Below are positions 17,492-24,329 of a stretch of 42,214 nucleotides of DNA, in pieces. Position 1 is the stretch's first letter. Each line of letters starts with the position of its first letter. Location of the stretch: NCBI GenBank assembly GCA_964345045.1, contig CAYFPM010000001.1, positions 1 through 42,214 of the forward strand, read 5' to 3'. The notes beneath the pieces are model-generated. The model ran no database searches and was not told the DNA's origin. It saw nothing but the letters and a program-made list of their open reading frames with translations. Both the position numbers and the translations under genes were made by a program. This DNA is from an uncultured Gammaproteobacteria bacterium. GTDB taxonomy: Bacteria > Patescibacteriota > Patescibacteriia > Magasanikbacterales > UBA922.

Positions 17492-17553
17492 AAATCATAA
17501 ATGAATTTTTTGTTAAAAAATGTTTATGATTTTATATTTTTCATTTATGATTT
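17492..17553. repeat. Inverted ATCATAAATGAA / TTCATTTATGAT pair just upstream of the ccsA-like start
   Basis: AAATCATAAATGAA (17492-17505) and TTCATTTATGATT (17540-17552), with a third partial copy TTTATGAT at 17523-17530. Confidence 0.55.
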
Positions 17554-17558
17554 AACAT

Positions 17559-18731
17559 ATGAATTTATACGAATTTGAAGGTAAACAATTTTTTGAAAAT
17601 CATGGTATAAAAGTACCAAAAGGTTTGGAAGTGTTGCCTGGCATGGATGCCAAAAAAGTTTACCAAGACGTAGGTGGTGGGGATGTAGTGGTAAAGGTGC
17701 AAATTCTTTCTGGAAAAAGAGGCAAGAATAATGGGATCTTTTTTTGTTCAAATGCCGAAGAAGTTGAAAAAGTTGTGAATGATTTGTTTAATAAAAAGAT
17801 TAAGAATCAACACGTAGCGGCTGTAAGGATAGAAGAAAAGTTAGATATTGCCGAGGAGCATTATCTTTCTATTACATATAACACAAATGCCAAACAGCCG
17901 GTTTTGATTTATTCCAAAGAAGGGGGAGTGGATATTGAGGAAGTAGAACCAAGTTCAATTTTGAATTTAAAATTTCGAATTTCGAATGATACCTTGCCAG
18001 AGGAAGTCAAAAGTAAGTTAGGAGAAGTGAGTGAGGTGGCAGAGAAGCTTTGGCAATGTTTTAAAAAAGAGGATACAAGACTTGTCGAGATTAATCCGCT
18101 AGTAAAAACCGCTTCTGGCGAATGGATTGCGGCGGACGCCAAGGTGGCCATTGATGATGATGCATTTTTTCGTCACGAAGAGTGGAAAGAACTAGAACCA
18201 CGAACTATGATGGGTAGACCCCCAACAGACAGAGAAATAATGGTCAAGAAAATTGATGAAGGTGAAGGCTATTATCGTGGTACTGCTGGCAAATATATAG
18301 AGCTAGATGGTGACATTGGGCTTATACTAAATGGTGGAGGTGCAAGTATATCGAATATGGATGCTTTGGAAAAAGCTGGTCTAAAAGCCGCTAATTATAC
18401 CGAGTATTCTGGTAATCCCCCACGAGAAAAAGTTTATGAGTTGGCCAAGATTATTATGTCGAAACCAGGATTAAAAGGTTTGTGGGCTTGTGGTGTAGTA
18501 TCGAACTTTACCAATGTAGAAGAAACTTTCAAAGGTTTTGCCGATGCTCTAGAAGAGATCAAACCGACTTACCCGATTGTAGTACGCAGAGATGGGCCGG
18601 GTGGCGAAGCTGGTAGACAAATTTTGCGAGATTGTGCCGAGAAGAATGGACTTAATATGAAAGTATTTGGCAAAGATGTGCCGATGACAGAGACAGCCAA
18701 GGTTTTGGCAGAAATGATTAATCAGGAATAA
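17559..18731 (+). CDS. ATP-grasp subunit of an ATP-citrate-lyase/citryl-CoA-synthetase-type enzyme (AclB/CcsA-like; SucC superfamily)
   Basis: MNLYEFEGKQ.F start. ANYTEYSGNPP and VSNFTNVEETFKGF match the ACLY strings NYGEYSGAPSE and IANFTNVAATFKGI as I recall them. They do not match SucC (NFLDVGGGA). Confidence 0.75.
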   Translation: MNLYEFEGKQFFENHGIKVPKGLEVLPGMDAKKVYQDVGGGDVVVKVQILSGKRGKNNGIFFCSNAEEVEKVVNDLFNKKIKNQHVAAVRIEEKLDIAEEHYLSITYNTNAKQPVLIYSKEGGVDIEEVEPSSILNLKFRISNDTLPEEVKSKLGEVSEVAEKLWQCFKKEDTRLVEINPLVKTASGEWIAADAKVAIDDDAFFRHEEWKELEPRTMMGRPPTDREIMVKKIDEGEGYYRGTAGKYIELDGDIGLILNGGGASISNMDALEKAGLKAANYTEYSGNPPREKVYELAKIIMSKPGLKGLWACGVVSNFTNVEETFKGFADALEEIKPTYPIVVRRDGPGGEAGRQILRDCAEKNGLNMKVFGKDVPMTETAKVLAEMINQE

Positions 18732-18754
18732 GTAATGATTTACCAAAATTTTTT

Positions 18755-19102
18755 ATGTCTAAATTGAAACTTAAAAGGGAGGCTGTTTATAAATGGGGAT
18801 TTTTGGCTATGTTTATAGTTTTGTTTTTAGCTATTTTCATCACGCAGTATACAATTCCTTGTAGTACTGCCCCACTAGGCTCGGTAGATTGCGAAGAACT
18901 GGCTTCTAGTGTAACCATGATTACTTTGCCAACAGCCACTTTGATATCTACTTTAAATATACTTATTACTCGTTCTTGGGAAGTTTCTTTTTCTACAGTT
19001 GTATTTATTACTTTGATTTCTGGGATTATTCAGTATGGGGCAATTGGTTTTGTAGTTGGTAGTTTTGTGGCTGGTTTTAAAAAAGAGCAAGTTAAAAAGT
19101 AA
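18755..19102 (+). CDS. Hypothetical membrane protein (115 aa)
   Basis: Three hydrophobic helices. No motif recognised. Confidence 0.6.
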   Translation: MSKLKLKREAVYKWGFLAMFIVLFLAIFITQYTIPCSTAPLGSVDCEELASSVTMITLPTATLISTLNILITRSWEVSFSTVVFITLISGIIQYGAIGFVVGSFVAGFKKEQVKK

Positions 19103-19107
19103 ATCTT

Positions 19108-19593
19108 ATGAATGAAAAAAAATACGAAGAAGCTGTTAGATTTATATCTGATTTATTGCCACATATTTCTGAGGGTGAGTCTAAATCAGAACTCCTTCAT
19201 TCTTTGGGGACTGGTCTTAGACTAATTAATTTAGGTTATAATGGCGATGTGGTGGTGGCTGCTTTTCTTCATGAAATTTTTGAGGAGACAGAAATAACAG
19301 AACAAGAAATAGAGTCAAAGTTTGGTAAAAACGTTTTAGGAATAGTGAAAGCCAATACTAAAAACTTTGATTTGAAAGGTGAGGAAAAAGTAAGGGATAT
19401 TATAAAAAGGTGTGCGGAATTTGGTGAAGAAGCTTTGGTTGTAAAAGCTGCAGATATTTATGAGAATTATAAACATTTCGAAAGATTGGGGGACAAAAAA
19501 GAAATGAAATATGATGAAATGCAGACTAAATTTTTGTTTGAAAATACCGATTCTTCTGAGGCTGTATTTGAAAAATTGAAAGAAATAATTTAG
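19108..19593 (+). CDS. HD-domain protein
   Basis: H...HD-type metal site: LLHSLGTGLRL, AAFLHEIFEET. Size 161 aa. Confidence 0.65.
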   Translation: MNEKKYEEAVRFISDLLPHISEGESKSELLHSLGTGLRLINLGYNGDVVVAAFLHEIFEETEITEQEIESKFGKNVLGIVKANTKNFDLKGEEKVRDIIKRCAEFGEEALVVKAADIYENYKHFERLGDKKEMKYDEMQTKFLFENTDSSEAVFEKLKEII

Positions 19594-19595
19594 AT

Positions 19596-20015
19596 ATGGA
19601 AAAAGAAAAAGTCTTAAATTTTATAAAAGGTGAAAGACTGGCCGTTCTCTCCACTGTTACGCCAGATAACAAGTCCGAAAGTGCTGTGCTTGAATTTGGG
19701 GAGACAGATAATTTGGAAATTATCTTTGATACTTTTCATACTTATAGAAAGTACCAGAACCTGCAGCACAACCAAAATGTCTCGCTAGTAATTGGTTGGG
19801 ACGATGAGATTACAGTGCAGTACGAGGGCGTGGCTAGGGAGCTAACTAGTGAAGAAGAGATAAAAAAGTATCAACAAATTTACTTTGCCAAAAATCCTAA
19901 GGCGGAAAAGTTTTCCAAATTACCAGAGATAAGATATTTTGTAGTAGAACCAACTTGGATCCGCTATTCTAATTTGGGGGTGGAGCCGTGGGAGGTATTT
20001 GAAATTAAGTTTTAA
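19596..20015 (+). CDS. Pyridoxamine 5'-phosphate oxidase-family (split-barrel) protein
   Basis: RLAVLSTVTPDNKSESAVLEF and the approximately 140-aa size are typical of PNPOx-like FMN-binding split barrels. Confidence 0.6.
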   Translation: MEKEKVLNFIKGERLAVLSTVTPDNKSESAVLEFGETDNLEIIFDTFHTYRKYQNLQHNQNVSLVIGWDDEITVQYEGVARELTSEEEIKKYQQIYFAKNPKAEKFSKLPEIRYFVVEPTWIRYSNLGVEPWEVFEIKF

Positions 20016-20017
20016 TT
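19969..20017 (+). repeat. Direct repeat copy 1 (covers the last 14 codons and stop of the PNPOx-like gene)
   Basis: CTAATTTGGGGGTGGAGCCGTGGGAGGTATTTGAAATTAAGTTTTAATT. Confidence 0.85.
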
Positions 20018-20025
20018 AAAAAAAT

Positions 20026-20403
20026 ATGGGTAGATTTGAAACAAGACCAATCATAGAAATTTCACCAAATACTGGTTCGGAGACAGAACTTGGCAGAGGA
20101 GAGAAAGAGCGGATTGAAGAGATAGCAACAGATGTAGCTGCAAGAACAGTAGCTTATGTTGATTTGGATGAGGCTACTTATGAGGAACACTACCGAGATT
20201 TAATTAATTTTGGTAAACAAAGGATACTTGATCGTAATAAGGATAGTGTTTTTCCAGTTGTGATAGCAATGACAGAGGCACTTGTTGATTCTATAGGGGG
20301 AGCAGAAAAATTGAAAGAAGAAAATGATTTATTCCTTCAAAAACTGGAGCAGCAAGTTATTCAAGAAACAATAGATGCTCTCAGAGCAAAGTTTGCTAAT
20401 TAG
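20026..20403 (+). CDS. Hypothetical protein (125 aa) flanked by 49-bp direct repeats
   Basis: Intact ORF with no recognisable motif. It lies exactly between the two repeat copies. Confidence 0.6.
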   Translation: MGRFETRPIIEISPNTGSETELGRGEKERIEEIATDVAARTVAYVDLDEATYEEHYRDLINFGKQRILDRNKDSVFPVVIAMTEALVDSIGGAEKLKEENDLFLQKLEQQVIQETIDALRAKFAN

Positions 20404-20417
20404 AGATTATATTTATT

Positions 20418-20466
20418 CCAATTTGGGGGTGGAGTCGTGGGGGGTATTTGAGATTAAGTTTTAATT
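20418..20466 (+). repeat. Direct repeat copy 2 (non-coding duplicate of the PNPOx-like gene 3' end)
   Basis: CCAATTTGGGGGTGGAGTCGTGGGGGGTATTTGAGATTAAGTTTTAATT. About 44-45 of 49 positions are identical to 19969-20017. Confidence 0.85.
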
Positions 20467-20469
20467 TTT

Positions 20470-20883
20470 ATGAATGCAATTTTAAATTATTTTAAAAATT
20501 CCAGAAAAAGAGTCGCTTTGGGGTGGTTTTTCGTGCATTTATTTTTTTTCATAATTGTCAATCTTTTGATGGCTTTACTTAGTCAGGGATATCTAAATTA
20601 CCATTTGTCAGACTATGTTTTAATATTTTCATTTGAGGTACTTTTATTTCCAGCTGTTTTTTATACAGCTTTTATTGATAAAGTTGATTTTTTTGGACTC
20701 TATGCTGACAAAATTTTAACTATATTGTTATTAATTATTGTCTATTATTTTTTATATATAGCTATTATTTATTATGCCAACAAGTTTGATTCAAGATTTT
20801 ATTTTTTAAATGGAATATTTTCTCTTTTGTTTTTGTTGAACATTATAAGTATTTTTTATTTTATATTGAATAATTATTTTTAG
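20470..20883 (+). CDS. Hypothetical polytopic membrane protein, paralog A (137 aa)
   Basis: Shares YFKNSRKRVA.GW.FVH and YYANKF..RFYFLNGIF..LFLLN with the next ORF. Confidence 0.7.
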   Translation: MNAILNYFKNSRKRVALGWFFVHLFFFIIVNLLMALLSQGYLNYHLSDYVLIFSFEVLLFPAVFYTAFIDKVDFFGLYADKILTILLLIIVYYFLYIAIIYYANKFDSRFYFLNGIFSLLFLLNIISIFYFILNNYF

Positions 20884-20886
20884 TTT

Positions 20887-21303
20887 ATGATTAATAATAT
20901 ATTGCCCTATTTTAAAAATTCCAGAAAAAGAGTGGCTTGGGGCTGGATTTTTGTACATGTATTTTTTCTTGCACTGGCTAATTTTTTCATGCAAAGCGAC
21001 TATCATATTTATGCGGATTTTTTTGATATTAGTAACTTGTATTTTTTGTTTTTTCAGATAGTCATTTTCCCAGCTATTTTTTTCATTTCTTTTTTGGATA
21101 GCTTGAAATTTAGTGGTTTTGATACCACAATATTGGTCTTGGGTGCTACTCTTATATTTTTTTATTACTTTTTGTATGGTCTGGTAGTGTATTATGCCAA
21201 TAAGTTTAATGCCAGATTTTATTTTTTAAATGGTATATTTGCTTTTTTATTTTTACTAAATCTTAGTGTGGGTTTTTACCTAGTATTGAGTAATAATTTT
21301 TAG
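20887..21303 (+). CDS. Hypothetical polytopic membrane protein, paralog B (138 aa)
   Basis: Tandem duplicate of 20470-20883 with the same N- and C-terminal motifs. Confidence 0.7.
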   Translation: MINNILPYFKNSRKRVAWGWIFVHVFFLALANFFMQSDYHIYADFFDISNLYFLFFQIVIFPAIFFISFLDSLKFSGFDTTILVLGATLIFFYYFLYGLVVYYANKFNARFYFLNGIFAFLFLLNLSVGFYLVLSNNF

Positions 21304-21307
21304 TTGT

Positions 21308-22201
21308 ATGAGTATATTAATTAACAAAAATACCAAAGTCCTAGTTCAAGGAATTACTGGCAAAGAAGGGCAAAAGGCAACCAAGGCCATGCTCGACTAC
21401 CATACCAATGTGGTAGGTGGGGTACGGCCAGGCAAAGGTGGAGAAGAAGTGCATGGTGTGCCAGTGTTTAATAATGTGAAAGAAGCGGTTCAAGCCTTTG
21501 GTATTGATGACCTAGTCTCGGCCATCATTGTCCCTCCGTTTGCTGTAAAGGATGCCGTGCTCGAGGCTATAGAAAATAACATTCCCCAGATTTATATTTT
21601 TTCCGAGCGAGTACCGATTCAAGACACGGCTATTTGCCTAGAAAAAGCCAAAGAGAAAAATATTAGAATAATCGGCCCGAGCTCCATGGGCTACATAGTG
21701 CCAAATGTAGGGAGAGTAGGGCTGATTGCTGGCAACAATGTAAACGAGATTTTTACTCCAGGTTCGATTGGGATTATCTCTCGCTCTGGGGGGATGACCA
21801 ATGAAATTGCTTGGCAGATCCGCCAAGCTGGTATGGGGCAGAGCGCAGCGGTGCATGTAGGCGGAGACTTACTAATGGGCACTACCTATGCCGATCTACT
21901 CCGCGAATACGAAAAGGACGAAAATACCAAAGCAGTAGTGCTATTTGGTGAGCATGGAGGCAGTTACGAATTTGAAATTGTAGAGCTAATAAAAAATAAA
22001 GAGTTTACCAAGCCACTGGCAGTGTTTGTCGGTGGTAAATTTGCAAGCGCTTTGCCAGAAGGAATGAACATTGGCCATGCCGGGGCGATCGTAGCCAAAG
22101 GGCAGGGAGCCGAGGACAAGGCGAAGGCACTTAGTGAAGTAGGAGTTATGATTGCCGATAGTTATGAAGATCTTATCAAGCTGGTTAAACCTTATAGTTA
22201 A
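21308..22201 (+). CDS. CoA-binding/phosphohistidine subunit, SucD/CcsB-like
   Basis: MSILINKNTKVLVQGITGKEGQ, GGVRPGKGG, SRSGGMTNE, catalytic-His loop NIGHAGAIVAKGQG. Confidence 0.85.
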   Translation: MSILINKNTKVLVQGITGKEGQKATKAMLDYHTNVVGGVRPGKGGEEVHGVPVFNNVKEAVQAFGIDDLVSAIIVPPFAVKDAVLEAIENNIPQIYIFSERVPIQDTAICLEKAKEKNIRIIGPSSMGYIVPNVGRVGLIAGNNVNEIFTPGSIGIISRSGGMTNEIAWQIRQAGMGQSAAVHVGGDLLMGTTYADLLREYEKDENTKAVVLFGEHGGSYEFEIVELIKNKEFTKPLAVFVGGKFASALPEGMNIGHAGAIVAKGQGAEDKAKALSEVGVMIADSYEDLIKLVKPYS

Positions 22202-22222
22202 GATTAAGATTAAGATTAAGAT
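22198..22222. repeat. (TTAAGA)4 hexamer array, left arm bracketing the GNAT gene
   Basis: TTAAGATTAAGATTAAGATTAAGAT overlaps the stop codon of the SucD-like gene. Confidence 0.8.
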
Positions 22223-22230
22223 AAATTTAT

Positions 22231-22683
22231 ATGGGTATTGCTTACGAAAAAATAACAAATAAAGATGAAATTGAGATTTTACGAGATAAAGGATCGGTTT
22301 ATAAAGATTTTTCTTATAAGTATAATGGAGAGACAATTGATCTTTTAAAGAAAAATTTTGATAGAGATAAAAGCTATTACCTTTTGGCAAAGAATAATGA
22401 TGATTTTGCTGGATTTATCTCTTGTGATACAGATTGGTGGGAAGATGATTGTTTTTTCCTTCGTGAAATATTTGTAGATCCAAATTTTCAAAAACAAGGT
22501 ATAGGTAAGAAATTAATGAATGCATGTATAGAACACGCAAAAAAAAATGGAGCAAAATTTGTAGTTACTGAAACAGCTTTTGAAAATATCCCTATGCAAA
22601 AACTATGTGAGGAATTAGGATTTAGAAAATGGGATAATCCGGAATGGGAAGAGGGGATTACGTATAAGTTGAAATTAATATAA
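22231..22683 (+). CDS. GNAT-family N-acetyltransferase
   Basis: LREIFVDPNFQKQGIGKKLMNACIEHAKKNG. Confidence 0.85.
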   Translation: MGIAYEKITNKDEIEILRDKGSVYKDFSYKYNGETIDLLKKNFDRDKSYYLLAKNNDDFAGFISCDTDWWEDDCFFLREIFVDPNFQKQGIGKKLMNACIEHAKKNGAKFVVTETAFENIPMQKLCEELGFRKWDNPEWEEGITYKLKLI

Positions 22684-22685
22684 AA

Positions 22686-22716
22686 ATCTTAATCTTAATT
22701 TTAATCTCAATCTAAG
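22686..22716. repeat. Inverted hexamer array (ATCTTA-type), right arm bracketing the GNAT gene
   Basis: ATCTTAATCTTAATTTTAATCTCAATCTAAG. Its reverse complement matches the left arm at 23 of 25 positions, with the terminal 13 perfect. Confidence 0.8.
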
Positions 22717-22726
22717 TTGTCAGTTT

Positions 22727-23449
22727 ATGAAATACAAAACTTCAATTACAAAAATAGAAAATGGCAAAGAATTTATTCGTGGTCATGCTTTGACTGATTT
22801 GATAAAAGAAAAATCTTTTGTGGAGACAATTTTTCTTATTTTAAAGGGAGAATTGCCAAATCAAAAAGAGACCAAAATGATGAATGCTATCTTTACTGCT
22901 GCCATAGACCATGGCCCAGGCACTGCCTCTGGGCAAGTATCTAGAATTACCGCTAGTGCCAAAAGTTCTATGAATGTAGCTTTGGCTGCTGGAATTCTTA
23001 CCATTGGTGATCGTCACGGTGGAGCCATAGAGGGCGCAGCCAAGTTTTTTCAAGAGAATAACGGCTGTGAAGACGTGTCAGTGTTAGCAAAAGATTTGAA
23101 AGAGAAAAAAATAAGAGTGCCAGGATTTGGGCATGCTGTGCTAACTCACGATGAACGCAGCGAAGCTTTGTTTGCCACTGCCAAAGGGTTAGGCTTTTAT
23201 GACAAAAATTGTGTCTTTGCCGAAAATTTTTATGCAGAACTAAATAAAATTTCTTCCAAAGAACTACCAATAAATATAGATGGTTCTATGGCGGCTATTT
23301 TGTCTGATATGGGTTTTGATTACAGAATGATGAAAGGCTTTTTTATAATTTCTCGTGTACCTGGTTTGATAGCTCAAATTTATGAAGAGATAACAAACGA
23401 CGAAGGGTTACGCAGAGTCAGTCAAGAAAATATTGAATATATAAATTAA
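22727..23449 (+). CDS. Short citrate-synthase-fold protein (citryl-CoA lyase-like)
   Basis: 240 aa. DHGPGTASG, GDRHGGA and GFGHAVLTHDERSE correspond to the catalytic His region of the citrate synthase/ACLY C-terminal domain. Genomic linkage with the two synthetase subunits. Confidence 0.7.
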   Translation: MKYKTSITKIENGKEFIRGHALTDLIKEKSFVETIFLILKGELPNQKETKMMNAIFTAAIDHGPGTASGQVSRITASAKSSMNVALAAGILTIGDRHGGAIEGAAKFFQENNGCEDVSVLAKDLKEKKIRVPGFGHAVLTHDERSEALFATAKGLGFYDKNCVFAENFYAELNKISSKELPINIDGSMAAILSDMGFDYRMMKGFFIISRVPGLIAQIYEEITNDEGLRRVSQENIEYIN

Positions 23450-23453
23450 AAAT

Positions 23454-24182
23454 ATGAATAAAAAAATTTTGGTGACAGGGATAGTTTTGATTGCAGTAGT
23501 AGTAATTGCTTTTCGTTTGGGTAAAATCTCTGGCAATAACTCAATTATTGAGCCAGACTATATAGTAGACGAGGGGAGTAGTCTAGACAGTGAGGTAGAA
23601 AGAACAACTTCTAAAAATGTGGCAGAAAAACCAAGTAGCGAATCTATCTTGGGAGAAGAGGTTGGTTCGCAAGTAATTGTAAATGGTTTGATTCTAGATC
23701 AAGATCAGCTAAATAGTTTGCAAGCCACATACGGAGTAACCCCTTTGCCTGGTAACTATTGGTACGATAGTAGAAGTGGTATGTATGGTAACATTGGTGG
23801 AGCGGCTACCAATGTAATGTATCCCAATCATAATTTTGGAGTCCTAAGTTCCAATGCTTCTTATGGGACTTCTGGTTTGTATGTAAATGGAAGACAGTTG
23901 ACTACCGAAGAAGCTTATTTACTTGCAAGTTTATTTGGTTACTCTAGTCCACTGCCGGGGAGTTATTGGCTAGATGCCAATGGAGACATTGGTGTAGAGG
24001 GCTACAATGTAGCCTTGGGAAATGTTTATGCTGCTATTGCTGCTGCCGATGGTAGTGGTGGAGACAACATTTGGTCACGCGGAGTGTACAGTGGTGGTAA
24101 TTATTATACTGGAGCTGGCGGACAAGTAACCGAAGGTTATGTAAGTGTACCAGGAGTAGGGCCGATTAGTCATGGTTTCTAA
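23454..24182 (+). CDS. Hypothetical secreted/membrane-anchored protein (242 aa)
   Basis: N-terminal anchor KILVTGIVLIAVVVIAF. Internal repeat PLPGNYWYDSRSGMYGNIGG / PLPGSYWLDANGDIGVEG. Confidence 0.65.
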   Translation: MNKKILVTGIVLIAVVVIAFRLGKISGNNSIIEPDYIVDEGSSLDSEVERTTSKNVAEKPSSESILGEEVGSQVIVNGLILDQDQLNSLQATYGVTPLPGNYWYDSRSGMYGNIGGAATNVMYPNHNFGVLSSNASYGTSGLYVNGRQLTTEEAYLLASLFGYSSPLPGSYWLDANGDIGVEGYNVALGNVYAAIAAADGSGGDNIWSRGVYSGGNYYTGAGGQVTEGYVSVPGVGPISHGF

Positions 24183-24265
24183 ATTCTTACTATAAATTAC
24201 TAAATTAAAAATAAGAATAATAAAAATAGTTTTGAATTTTGGTTAAGGGGATTGCTTTTTTGAGA

Positions 24266-24294
24266 TTGACAATCATAAATCGTACATGATAATT
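24266..24294 (+). promoter_or_regulatory. Sigma70-type promoter for the 861-aa gene
   Basis: TTGACA (24266-24271), 16-17 nt, GATAAT/ATAATT (24288-24294). An ATCATAAAT motif lies in the spacer. Confidence 0.5.
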
Positions 24295-24329
24295 TAGGTG
24301 TATTAACTTTATATATTTAATTTTTTTTT

